A DNA stretch of 64,000 nt from Octopus sinensis (GCF_006345805.1 NC_043003.1:50034001-50098000), one strand, 5' to 3'. Positions 50,836 to 63,179 are shown, numbered from the stretch's first letter. Program-made: numbers and translations. The notes: generated by a model not told the origin, from the sequence alone.

Positions 50836-52109
50836 TATTCATCCACTCTAAACTCACCCACCCTCATTTCAGCAAATTTAAATTTAACAGCAACTTCCGT
50901 TTTGACCTTCTTCTTCCTCTTCAAGTTGTAGTTGCAAATATTGATGAGACCTTTGTCACAGAAGAAATTCTATGCTTTCAGTCCATTTATTGCATCTACC
51001 ACAGAATCAACTTTGTCTCAAGGTAGAACCAAACTAGCTCTCTTTTCTTGTAAAAGGAAAGTCATAGCAGATTTTCATGATGAAATCAGCTAACTACCGG
51101 ATCTGCATAAGCAGGATAGTTGTTTCTGACAAAAGCACAAGAGCTGAAATTTGGGGGTCACTCGATTATAATAACCTAAGCATTGCTAGTTAACAGCTAT
51201 CACAATTTCTCTCTCTCACTAGGACCAGTGTCTCGCCTTTTCTCTGAGTCCCCGTCTCCTGATGAAGTCGTAGTGTTGCGCCTTAAACCTGGCAGAATCC
51301 ATTCCTCTTCAGTTCTGATTACAATCGATTTCTTTCTGAGAGAAAGAAGAATTGATCCACTAGTACTTAACTAGTACGTTATTTATCGATTCTCAAGGAA
51401 TGAAAGGCAAAGTTGCCCCGGGTGGAATTTGAACTCAGATTGTAGACACTCAAAACAAATATAACAAGAGAATCTATATGACGATCTAACCACTCGGCTA
51501 ATTCACTACCTTGAAAGCGAGTTAAGTTTTTCTATTAAGAGAAACGAAGTTGCTGTTATATATTGTAAGCTTTTAATGATTTTTTTCAGCGGTTACATTA
51601 CAAAGCCAAGTTAAGATGATAAAGAGAACGAAATGTTAAAGTATTGAGAAAAGATGAAAAAAGAAAAAAAAAAAAAAAAGAAAAAGATGTAGCACTTAAT
51701 TTTACTTTTGTCCATTCTAGTTACGAGTTCAAATCCCACTGGAGTTGACTTTACATATTATCCCTCCAATATTCTGTAATGTAAGCAGCAGACACAAACT
51801 CAAAGCGAATCAGTCTTATACAATAATTGGATTTGTTCTTATTTTAGAAAGTTAAAAACGGACACTAACGAAACGTCAAAATGATGCACACAGTGCTGTC
51901 ATTGGATTATCTTCCAGTTCTATTTATATGATCAACGTATATTGAGTGACTAATCTCCGTCTTTAGATTCCTGTAAAGAAAGACTACATACGTTAAAGGG
52001 AAATGCGTTTATTGTCAGTATTCTATAAAACAAAAGGAATCTCAGGTCATAGAAGTAAAGTAGTAAAAGAAAATAGAACTACGATCATTCATAAGACAAC
52101 AGAACAAGA

Positions 52110-52305
52110 CAATGAGTTGGCGGAGTCGTTACTGCGCCGGACAAAATACTTAGCGGCGTCTCTTCTGGCTTTTATGTTTAGAGGTCAAGTTCTGCCTAAG
52201 GTCAACTTTACCTTTCATCCTTCTGGGGTCGATAGAATAAGAACCAGTTGATGTAATCGACTGACCCCCGCCCAAATTTCAGGCCTTGTGCCTATAATAG
52301 AAAGG

Positions 52306-52310
<5 letters not shown>
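52110..52310 (+). mobile_element. SINE-A copy with (ATT)n tail; further fragments follow to about 52670
   Basis: gagttggcggagtcgttac...aggccttgtgcctataatagaaagg, then attatt. Confidence 0.75.
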
Positions 52311-52340
<30 letters not shown>

Positions 52341-52995
52341 GAGTAGTAGTAGTAGTAGTAGGAGGAGGAGGAGGAAGAGGAGTAGCAATAGTATTAGTAG
52401 TACTGAAAATGGCGGACTGGAAGAATCGTTAGGATATCGGGCAAGATGCTTAGCGGCATTTTGTCCGTACTTACGTTCTGAGTTCAAATTCCGTCGAAGT
52501 TGACATTGCTTTTCATCCTTTCGGCCTTGTTTCTACGGCTGAAAGGATTACTATTATTGAAAATGGCGACCTAGCAAAATCGTTAAGCAGGTCGGATAAA
52601 ATGCTTAGCAGCATCTCTTCCGGCTTTTTTTTTTGCTCAGAGTTCAAATTCTGCCTAGGTTGTGTTTATGGGTGCAAAGATATAATTGGTTCTTACCCAA
52701 ATATACCGTTGCACCCATAAACACATTTTTTCAGATCTGCCACTACCTACCTACCTACCTTACGAATCCTCACAAAAGAAAAAAGAGAGACACAGAGAAA
52801 AAAAGGAAGACTATGGAAATATTTACAAAACGTTTCATTGAATTTTTTCTTCAATCTGTTTTTCTTCTTAATTCACCTTTGTTTTACTCTTAGTTTAAAA
52901 GTTGAAAAGACAGAAACCGGCACACTCACCATTACAAATGTATTTCATGATAAAAATATTTTAGCATTTTCTACCTTGACGTAGATACACATGCA

Positions 52996-52998
<3 letters not shown>

Positions 52999-53026
<28 letters not shown>

Positions 53027-53121
53027 GATACATAGATACATACATATATACATACATACATACATACATACATACATACATACATACATACATACATACA
53101 TACATACATACATACATACAT
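52999..53121. repeat. (TACA)n microsatellite
   Basis: Direct reading. Confidence 0.95.
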
Positions 53122-53306
53122 ACGAGCTGGTGCTGAAAAGTTCCTGGCTTTGGTTAAAAGAAGATACAGGAGGATCAGTTAATTATGATTTTATTCAACA
53201 TATTCTTCTCAGATTCATACAGTTATTACCGAGGTCCTGCAGCTTTTCTAAGCCCCGTAAAAGAACTTGGAATGTTAGGCCCCCAACTTTCCAGCACCCC
53301 CTTGTA
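53121..53306. mobile_element. Mariner-derived MITE (second copy)
   Basis: tacgagctggtgctgaaaagttcctggcttt...ccagcacccccttgta; collinear with 14850-15072. Confidence 0.82.
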
Positions 53307-54521
53307 CATTCATACACTTATTTATCTCGGATGCGATGGCTTGCAGTTTCTGTTCTGACTCTTTGAGTTCTGACAGTTATGCACGCGATGACATTAAATT
53401 AAGTATCTCAGTCTTTGTCTTCTCGCCCAAACCGCTTGACAATCGGTGTTGGCTTGTTTACGTCCCAGTTCGGTAAGAGAACCGATAGAATATAATAATA
53501 ATAATAAATACTGGAGTCAATTCATTCGACTTGAATCCTTCGAGTCAGTGCCCCAGCATGACCGTAGTCCAATGACTGAAACAAGTAAAAATAAAAGATA
53601 ATAAAAACATTAAATCGTGAAGATGGTTCAAGATACAATGAGACCATTAGAGAATGGTACTTGATAAGTTTTTCTTGTCCACACCCACTATAAGAAATCT
53701 AAAGGGCGCGCCCTTCTGGCTGGAATCCATATTTATAGAGAGGTACAGTTTATTACTGAATGTAGTAGTTACAATGGATGATTAACATGTGCACCCTTAT
53801 TTTATTGTAATGAATTGAAATTATGAAGATTTATCCTTCGTCGGCTTCGACAATGAGTAATCACTTGTTCGATCCACTGAACTACCTGTTAACTTTACGT
53901 GATAATGGCTGAGTATCCCTGAGACAATTATATATTTAACGTTTTTCTTATACGGATTTAGTATGTGGCAACATGAGAAAAAGATGGACCTTTGAATTAG
54001 CGATGTAATCCTGTTAGGCGACTAATTGGCTAAGTATTTAGAATGTTGGATAGAATGCTTCGCTGTATATGCTGGAACTCTTTCTTTTGAGTCCAAATCC
54101 TGAAGGAGTCAACTTTGTTTTTCATATTTTTGAGGTCTAGAAAAATGTACTCATCCATTACAACGGATTACCAAAATTGATAGATGGTCGGGTGAGATGG
54201 CTTGCAGTTACTGTTCTGACTCTTTGAGTTCTGACAGTTATGCTCGCGATGACATTAGGATCAAGCTGCATCGACCAAAGTCGGTAATCTTTCCTTTTAA
54301 TAAACATCGGTGACATAGAGAGAGAGGAGACTTACATGCGCAGGTAACTGCTAGTTTTTTCTTTAAAAATCTTACCAAGGCCTGCGTACACATGTGCAAA
54401 TGCAAGGTCAACATTTGACAAAGGTCCTACACGTAATCCAGCCAAAGACTTTCACAAAGTTTGTGTATATCCAGTTCCACTCACTGTACACGAGTCGAGG
54501 GGACGCATTGTAAATAATATT

Positions 54522-55136
54522 CTTTTCTATTCTAGGGACAAAGCACGAAATTTTTGGGGAAGGGGGCCTGTCGATTAGATCGACCCCACTACGCAACTGG
54601 TATTTAATTTATCGACTCCGAAGGATGAAATATAAAGTCGACCTCGACAGAATTTGAACTCAGAACGTAAAAATAGACGAAATACCGCTAGGCATTTCGC
54701 CCAGCGTGCTAACGTTTCTTATTTTTTTATTGCCCAGAAGGGGCTAAACATAGAGGAGACAAACAAGGATAGACAAAGGAATTAAGTCGATTATATCGAA
54801 CCCAATGCGTAACTGGTACTTATTTAATCGACCCCGACACGATGAAAGGCAAAGTCAACCTCGGCGGAATTTGAACTCAGAACGTAGCAGCTGACGAAAT
54901 ACCTATTTCTTTACTACCCCCAAGGGGCTAAACACAGAGAGGACAAACAAGGACAGACAAACGGATTAAGTCGATTACATCGACCCCAGTGCGTAACTGG
55001 TACTTAATTTATCGACCACGAAAGGATGAAAGGCAAAGTCGACCTCGGCGGAATTTGAACTCAAAACGTAACGGCAGACGAAATACGGCTACGCATTTCG
55101 CCCGGCGTGCTAACGTTTCTGCCAGCTCGCCGCCTT
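54522..55136 (-). mobile_element. SINE-A trimer with perfect 16-bp TSD
   Basis: cattgtaaataatatt at 54506-54521 and 55137-55152; three cores in between. Confidence 0.93.
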
Positions 55137-55729
55137 CATTGTAAATAATATTGTTTACTCAATGTACCGCGCATTGGGATTGCACTTGGTACTTCGTGAT
55201 TACAAAGCAAACTTCTTAACCACTCTGCTATGCCTGCATCCTTACGACATAGTCTATTTATGTTCGATACATTCAAATTTCAAGTACTGCAGGGTTTGTA
55301 GTCATCTTTATGATTTTGTTTTATAAGGCAATAATGCATTAGGAAATTATTAAACGATGTCCGAACACATTTTTTATGTCTTGTCTAGTATTTGCGGCAA
55401 AAAGGCTTTATCTCATTGCTTGAGTCTACAAAATCGTAAAGAAGAAAATTTTTACAAGCATTTTTTTTTTCAATATATTTTTTTATCTTTTACTTGTTTC
55501 AGTCATTGAACTGAAGCCATGCTGGGTTCCACTTGAACAGTTTTGTCGAAGAAATCGGTGCAGTGGCCAAGTGAAAACTTTCTCTTCTTAATATAGTGTA
55601 TTTAGAATATGTATGGAAGTAGTATTTTGCTCGCGGGCAATATTTCGCCAGCATCTAAATTTGAAATCGCTTATTTACAAAGTGTCCAAAATCCGCTTTG
55701 AAAAATGAATAAATAATAAAAAATGCGCC

Positions 55730-55972
55730 CTCTTAGAGCCTATCCGGGCTCATGGGCCCGGATTCCCGGTTTCAATGGCGTATGCGTTCCCCAGCTGGAC
55801 GGGACGCCAGTTCATCGCAGCGTTACTCATTTTTGCCAGATGAGTGGATTGGAGCAACGTGAAATGAAGTGATTTGCTTAAGAACACAACGCGTCGCCCG
55901 GTCCAGGAATCGAAACCACAATCTTACGATTATGATGCTGACACCCTAACCACTAAGCCACGCGCCTCCACA
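55730..55972 (-). mobile_element. SINE-B, tail type iii
   Basis: Same head and core; tail acgctgcgatgaactggcgtcccgtccagctgggg...gggcccatgagcccgg. Confidence 0.85.
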
Positions 55973-56080
55973 AATAAATAACAAATAGATGAATAAACTA
56001 AAACGTTTAAATTTTAAGGATCAAAATAGTAATTCAATACGTTTCATACATTTGAATTTATACAATTAAAGGTTCATTAC

Positions 56081-56122
56081 TTTTCTCTGTACAACTGCAT
56101 CTTCCCATATGTTCTTATGCAT
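56081..56122 (-). CDS. Candidate first coding exon (MHKNIWEDAVVQRK), unidentified gene
   Basis: ATG directly after an in-frame TAA; ends AAA|GTAATG in phase 0; preceded by about 450 nt of GC-richer unique sequence. Weak Kozak context. Confidence 0.22.
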
Positions 56123-56940
56123 TTATAATTCCCCAATGATATTTAAAAAAAAGGAGTCCTGCGCTTCTGATCTGGTAAAGCCAGCTTGGCAGTTTACACA
56201 ACTGGCTTTCTTTCTTCGAGTAGTATCCTCATGGTAGATTTTGACTTCGACATCGCACGCCAACTCTGAAACACTACCCGCTTCCCAGCGATTAAACTCT
56301 GCCACCTTGTGGTACGAAATTGCGGTAGGGTGGTCTGAACTGTTGAAGATTTGGTGACATCGTCACCATGGTGTTAACGTAGTACCGGAGACAGGAAACG
56401 AACTATTGACATTCACGCTGTTGGACGACCGGCTACCTTATTGACTCGGGCCAGCTGTCACTCTCTGCTAGCCACTATATTATATTCGCAGTTAAATTAA
56501 TGTGATGGGCTGAGGTGAGGTGGTGTGGTGTGGTGGGTTTTGGACGGGCTGGTGATACGGAGTGAACACGTAGGTTTCAAATGAAGAAGAAAAGAATAAT
56601 GTTCTCACATGAATATCATTATAAGCAACAGGAAGTGAACGTAAAGTAAACAATAGGCTGCGAATGTTTCTGGAAAAGACCGAAGAAAGAAGAAAAGAAG
56701 AACCGGATTAATCGATTTGGCATATGACATATAAGTATTTCACGGAAATATGGGGGGCTTAGTGGCTGGATATAATGGATATTTCTGCAAAAACTCAGAG
56801 GATGACTTAAAACTAGAAATAACATTACTTTAAGTAAAAACAGTTGGAAAAACTTTCGCTTATTCTCTCAACCTACATCCGGTATATTAAAATTTACGAC
56901 AAGTGGTATTCATTGAAAAAACACAAAAATACAAAATGAA

Positions 56941-56977
<37 letters not shown>

Positions 56978-57010
56978 ATATATACACACATACATACGTA
57001 TGTATGTATG

Positions 57011-57083
<73 letters not shown>

Positions 57084-57214
57084 AAAGGACGAGGGTTGAA
57101 ATATTCTCGAGTCGAAGATATATGAAATAATTGAATCAAAGTCAAAGGCTTGCTATTACAGATGGGGTGTGTTGTGCTGGCTAAAGGTCCCTAATCTAAA
57201 AAGCCGAGAACCAA

Positions 57215-57264
<50 letters not shown>

Positions 57265-57659
57265 TATATATACATATGATAAAAAAGAGTGGGTGGGAGG
57301 TGGACGGCAGTTTAGTAAAGAAAAAAGGAAAGGAGGGGAAAAATAAGAAAAAAGAGGAAAATAGTAATTAATCCCTAAGAGACTGTAAGAAGAAACTAAG
57401 GTTAGTTAAAGTTTTGTTTTGATTGAATTATTTATTACTAAAGGTTGTTTTTTTATTTGTTTTATTTTCCCCCATATATCATAACAGGTTGTCTAAGAAA
57501 AGACGTGGGGGTGCTTAATGTGAAAACTTATACACACACACACACACACACACACACATACGCACACATGTACACGCGCGAACACACACGTCACACAAAC
57601 GTATGTATATACACAAACACTTATGTGCACATATGGAGGTATATTTTTATCTTTTTCTA

Positions 57660-57787
57660 TATATGTGTACATAAATATATGGACATTTATGTATACATGA
57701 ATACATAAACACATATATAAATACACACACACACACATACATTTATATGCATATGTATATATAAACACATACGTATATGCATATATT

Positions 57788-57831
<44 letters not shown>

Positions 57832-57843
57832 TATATATATATG

Positions 57844-57883
<40 letters not shown>

Positions 57884-58013
57884 TATATATATGTATATAC
57901 ATATATATTATATTTATATATATATATATATATATATATGCATATATATATATGTATATACATATATATATATATATTATATTTATATATATATTATATA
58001 TATATATTATATT

Positions 58014-58048
<35 letters not shown>

Positions 58049-58086
58049 ATATTTATATATAAATATTTATATATATATATATATAT
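57660..58086. repeat. Imperfect (TA)n array
   Basis: Direct reading. Confidence 0.95.
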
Positions 58087-58313
58087 CAACATAGTCAACA
58101 TAGGCAAGTACAAAAGTATCAAATGCCACACAACTTAAATTCTAGATTTATTAAAATTATCGCTGCTTCTATAGGATGTGCTATAATTACGAAATGGTAA
58201 TTGTGAACAGCTTCAATGGATGGGGGAGATAATTACAAGAATCATATATTCTCCAAAGATGACATGTCATTAAGAAAAATGGCGGCATTCTCTGTGTGTG
58301 GATATATATATAT

Positions 58314-58344
<31 letters not shown>

Positions 58345-58345
<1 letters not shown>

Positions 58346-58440
58346 AAGTTAATCCAAACAAGAAAACACAGAAAAAAACACACCAACGCGAGGACGTGGA
58401 ACAATTAAAGTATTATTTGACGCTCAGGAAAGAAGGGAAA
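58345..58440 (-). mobile_element. Penelope-type terminal repeat end (homologous to 24460-24537)
   Basis: Reverse complement tttcctgagcgtcaaataatactttaattgttccac...tttggattaa then (TA)n matches the end of the element at 24.5 kb. Confidence 0.75.
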
Positions 58441-58779
58441 CCGAGGGAAAGCCACTAAGTGGTTTTCCATCACGCTAGAAATGGGAGTTAAATCCCAAAC
58501 CACGGGGGTGTTATGTATTCGACTTTTTGTATTTATACGTCAATAGCGATTCTCGCTGATGAGCTATAAACGGTTTAATGCAATGATTGATTGATTGATT
58601 AATTAATTAGTGTATTTTATCCGTAAGGGCGAAATTTTGAAGTACGGGGATGACTAATTCTCTCAAACCGTTCTGCCGGCCTACATCCAACGTGCCAAAA
58701 TAAGAATAACTTTTTCGTGATTTGGGATCTAACTCCCATCTCTAGAGTGATGGAAAACCACTTAGTGACTTTTCCTCGG
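58441..58779. repeat. Inverted repeat with 64-bp arms and a 211-bp spacer
   Basis: 58441-58504 vs the reverse complement of 58716-58779: 6 mismatches. Confidence 0.9.
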
Positions 58780-58905
58780 TGTATAATCCCTATATACACA
58801 TATAGTATAATAATATTTGCAGTCTACGGACATTTGTACTCACGGTGGCCACTGGTAAAAAATTAGTATTTAATTTGTACCTTGTATTTAAAATTTATAT
58901 ATATA

Positions 58906-60151
58906 TATTGGGTTGGGTAACTAAGTTCCCGTGGTTTTTTTAAATTTGAATTTTTTAAAAGGTTTAATAAAAACTAACAACTAATTAATCAATAATGTAT
59001 TCACCCTTGTTGTTTACAACTTCTTCCCAACGTTCAACAAGATTTTCAATACCTCCTTGGTAGAAATCGCCCGATTTCGACTCGAAAAATTGATCCAACC
59101 GAGCTCTCAATTCTGCATCAGTATTGAACGAAACTCCGCGTATAGCATTTGAAAGAGATCGAAAGAGGTAGAAATTCGTTGGTGCCAAATCAGAAGAGTA
59201 CGGCGGGTGTTGCAGCAATTCCCAGCCATGCGTTTGAATGACTTCCTTGGTCATACTGGCGATATGAGGGCGGGCGTTGTCATGCAGCAGAACTACATGC
59301 TGAGGATTAGGTCTTTTCTCTTGAATAGCCGTGTTGAGTCGTCCCATCTGTTGAACATATTGTTCCGCGTTGACCGTTTGGTTCCATTCAAGCAATTCAT
59401 AATGGATAATCCCTTCCCAGTCCCACCATACGCACAACATCGTTTTATGCGGATGAAGATCTTGTTTCACGCGCTGTGTCGCTTGTTTACTGGGGCTAAG
59501 CCATTCCTTACGCTGCTTCATATTGGTGTACAGGCACCAATTTTTGTCGCCAGTAACGATTCGGTAAAGAAATCGTTGCTTGTGTCCACGAGTTGAGCGG
59601 TGACGAGCAAACAAACCAGCGGAAAGTGTGGCTCGTTGTCGCTTAAAGCATGCGGAAACCAAGTCCATACTTCTGAACATTTCCCATCGAGTGAAGATGC
59701 TTCTCTATAGCAGTGTGGGGGGCATTCCATTTTCTCTGCCAGTTCCCTTGTCGTTAGACGAGAATTTTCGTGCAAAAGTTGGTTTAATCGCTCTTCATCG
59801 AGCTCAACTGGACGGCCAGAACGAGGTACGTCTTTGAGATCAAAATTTCCATTTTTGAACTTGGCATACCAATCACGAGCGGTTCTTTCAGTGATGGCAC
59901 CCAGCTTTTGCAGCCTTAGAACCTTGATTAAAAGCAAAAAGAGGGAGGTGTCGAAAATGGTCGTTTACCTTAACGCCATTCCATTTTAATGATCTGAAAA
60001 AAAAAAAAAAAACTAAAATTAACTAGAAAAAAGACAAAACAAAAACAACAACAAAATAGATTCCAAAATGATTCAAAAATAGAATTCTCGAAAAAAATAG
60101 AAAAAAATGCAATAAATTCCAAAATATAAAAAGACGGGAACTTAGTTGCCA

Positions 60152-60157
<6 letters not shown>
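58906..60157 (-). mobile_element. Near full-length mariner element
   Basis: TIR ttgggttgggtaactaagttcccgt (58908-58932) vs acgggaacttagttgccaaccc (60134-60155); TA-repeat flanks; internal transposase. Confidence 0.95.
58985..59984 (-). pseudogene. Mariner (DD34D) transposase pseudogene
   Basis: DVPRSGRP, WFPHAL, IVTGDKNW, LLHDNARPH, HPPYSSDLAPTNF (third catalytic Asp changed to Asn), ending GEYIID*; frameshifts and a short N-terminal deletion. Confidence 0.95.
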
Positions 60158-60202
<45 letters not shown>

Positions 60203-60394
60203 TAGCGATGAAAGCTGTATATTAGCAGCAAAAGGTAATCTTTATATCCAACTTAACGTGGATGTCTTGTTCGAACGCCATATACTGCGGTATTTGGCGC
60301 ATGGTGCATAAAAGTTATGTCGTATTTCGTAGTAGACGTAAATCCTCTGTTGCTGGCGCCGGAAATAGCAGGTCACGTGATATCGACTTTGGTT

Positions 60395-60600
60395 CATGAC
60401 TTGTACTTTATTTCATCGACTTCCACTCACGAACGGGTGAAAAGCAAAGTTAGCTTCTGCGTGGTTTGAACTCAGAGCGTAAAGTGGCCAAACTTAAATA
60501 CTGCTAAGCATTTTATCCAACGCCTTAAAGATTTCGCTAATGTATTGCCTTTTTGATTGCAAGGCCAGAAATTTTGTGACAGGAAGCTGTTCATTATATT
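60395..60600 (-). mobile_element. SINE-A copy, diverged
   Basis: gtggtttgaactcagagcgtaaag...tactgctaagcattttatcc. Confidence 0.65.
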
Positions 60601-60634
60601 TACACCAGTGTTTTTTTTTTGTTTTTCTTTGTAT

Positions 60635-61025
60635 ATACTTGTTTCAGTAATTTGAGTGCGGCCATGCTAGAGCACCGCTCTGAAGGGTTTTAGTCCAATA
60701 AATTGACCCTAGGACTTATTTCTTAAGCTTAGTACTTATTCTGTCGGTTTCTTTTGCCGAACCGCTAAGTTACGGGGATGCAAACACCAACACCGGTTGT
60801 CAAGTGGTGATGGGGGAACTAAGACCCTCACCTTCACTATATATATATATATACGATAGGCTTCTTTCAGTTTCTGTCTGCTAGATCCACTCCTCACAAG
60901 GCTTTGGTGGGCCCGAAGCTATAGAGGCTATAGTAGAAGACACTAGCCCAAGGTGCCACGCATTGGGACTGCACCCGAACCATGTGGTTGAGAAGCAAGT
61001 TTCTTACTACACAGCCCCACCCCTA
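60635..61025 (-). mobile_element. SINE-C copy
   Basis: tacttgtttcagtaatttgagtgcggccatgctagagcaccgc...cttactacacagcc. Confidence 0.85.
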
Positions 61026-61094
61026 CATCTATTGAATATTTTATGGACCCACGAGGAGGGTAAAATTTCTGAGTTCAGATATTATCAACCTAGG

Positions 61095-61500
61095 GTGGGG
61101 AATTCCAACCACGTTTCGTGGTTCGCTACCTCAACAGTTCCTTTATAGGATCCAGTGGCTAAAGACATCATTAGGAGGAACCACGTCCGGGTTCGGCCTC
61201 TACCGTTTTCGACGTGATGGGGCTCCTATCCTTTCGTAGGTGTCGGGGCTCCCATCCTTTCGGAGGGGGCGGGGCTCCCATCCTTTCGGAGGTGTCTTCA
61301 GCTCTGGTGTTGAGTGCGTTTTTTCTTTCTCCCTTTTTTTTAGGGCTTTTTTGTTATTTGGTTTCTTCGATGCAGCGACAACGAATGTCAGCGGGCGAAT
61401 GACCATCCTGCCAAATTTCCCTTTAAATACTCGCCGGTAGGCTCCAGCCGTCAGCACCAGCTGTCACGTGACACTATGTAAGCTTCAACTGACCAATGGA
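61095..61500 (-). mobile_element. Second, inverted copy of the LTR-like repeat at 28.1 kb
   Basis: Shared blocks as listed for 28092-28551; contains 3 x 26-bp internal repeats. Confidence 0.7.
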
Positions 61501-61669
61501 GGGAAAAGTTGAAGTAGACGTAAATCGTCTGTTATTGTTGCCGGTGCTTCAGCTCAGAACGTGAAGAGACACAAATGTAGCTAAATATCACAGGACAAGT
61601 TCGTTCCTTAACCGATTCTGCTACTCTGCTGCTCTAAAGTTTATAATTTATTCTTTCTGCTATAAAACC

Positions 61670-62056
61670 TGAAATTTTAGAAAAGTGAGATAGTCAATTA
61701 TATTATATCGATCCTAATGCTTAATTGGATTTTATTTTATGAACCCTGGAAGAATGTCAGGCAAAGTCAACTTTGGCGAAATATGAACTCGGAACTTAAA
61801 GCCTGAAAAAATACCGCTAACCATTTTGTCTGTCTAAAGTTCTTAATTAATGTTGATTAATAACATAACTGGTTTCAAATTTTGGCACGTTTCGGGTCGG
61901 AGTTAAGTCGATTACATCGATCCCAGAGCTCAGCTGGCATTTGTTTTATCAACCTCGAGAAATGAAAGGCAAGGTCAACTTCGGTGAAATTTGAACTCAG
62001 AACGTAAAAGAGGAAGAAATACCGCTAAGCATTTTGTCCGTCTAAAGTTCCTAATT
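61670..62056 (-). mobile_element. Tandem pair of diverged SINE-A copies
   Basis: Both end aataccgcta..cattttgtc.gtctaaagttc.taatt (about 61811-61848 and 62018-62056). Confidence 0.7.
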
Positions 62057-62064
62057 GGTTTTTG

Positions 62065-62390
62065 TGAAGGCGCGTGGCTTAGTGGTTAGGGCATTCGGCT
62101 CATGATTGTAAGGTCATGAGTTCGATTCCCGGCGATGCGTTGTGTCCTTGATCAAAATATTTTATTTTACGTTGCTCCAGTCCACTCAGCTGGCAAAAAT
62201 GAGTTGTACCTGTAGTTCAAAGGGCCGGCCTTGTCACACTCTGTGTCACGCTGAATCTCCCTGAGAACTACGTTAGGGGTACACGTGTCTGTGGCTTGCT
62301 CAGCCACTTGCACGTTAATTTCATGAGCAAGCTGTTCCGTTGGTCGTATCAGCTAGGACCCACGCCGTCGCAACCGGCGGAGTGCTACCA
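62065..62390 (+). mobile_element. SINE-B full-length, tail type ii
   Basis: gtgaaggcgcgtggcttagtggttaggg head, gagttcgattcc B box; aattggtt on both flanks. Confidence 0.9.
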
Positions 62391-62649
62391 ATTGGTTCAT
62401 ATAGCATAATTAATGTTGATTTATAACAAAGACACAAGATCGTAATTTTAAGATAGGGCAAAACTGATTTTGGTCGACGTTCGTTCTTGATTGTTATTGT
62501 TTTACAGATATTGAAACCCGCAAATCGGGAGTCACAATGTTGTATATTCGAATTCATGACATTAAAAAGAGACGTAAATAAATGGAGCAAAGAAATTTGT
62601 CCGCTCCGCTGCTGTACGCTACGCTTTCTACTGTTTTTTTATTTTTTAA

Positions 62650-63040
62650 ATTTTTGCTTTTATTTGTTTCAGTTACTGGACTACGGTCATGTTGGGGCAT
62701 CGCCTTGGTGAGTTTTAGTCGAACAGTTCGCCCTCAGGACATATATTCTATCGATTCTGTATTGTCGAAACATTAAGTTACAGGACATACAATGGCAAAC
62801 AATACCGGTTGTCATTGGTGGAGGAATAGCATAGACACAAAGGCATGCGCGCACATTCATATATGTCGTGCTTCCACCCAGTTTCCTGCAATCAAATTCA
62901 CCCACAAGGATTGGGCCGGGGCTATAGCAGAGAACACTTGCCTAACGTGCCGCTACGTATGAAAGGACCTGAAGCCACGTGGCTGCAAAGCGAGCTTCTT
63001 AACTATGCAGGTATGTCTGCACCTACACAGCCATACTTAC
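62650..63040 (-). mobile_element. SINE-C copy, diverged
   Basis: tttgtttcagttactggactacggtcatgttggggcatcgcc...gggctatagcagagaacacttgcc. Confidence 0.7.
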
Positions 63041-63179
63041 GCCTATACAGCCCATGTGTAATTGATATTGGTTTCAAATTTTAGCACAAGACCAGCAGTT
63101 TCGGGTGTGGAGACTAGTCGATTATAATCGACACTAGTGTACAAAAGGTACTTATTTTACCAACTCCTAAGGATGAAAG

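Noticed and set aside
51223-51374. Plus-strand open segment GPVSRLFSESPSPDEVVVLRLKPG after a strong acceptor
   Set aside because: No donor; runs into a SINE; no homology recognised.
56123-56305. 60-aa ORF with a CxxC motif
   Set aside because: GTG start, short, no domain; more likely UTR or promoter sequence.
58530-58640. Complete hammerhead around ctgatgag (58557)
   Set aside because: No convincing stem I or stem III, and no properly placed GAAA.
62508-62573. Plus-strand 66-nt exon candidate (IETRKSGVTMLYIRIHDIKKR)
   Set aside because: Good acceptor but weak donor, two open frames, no recognised homology.
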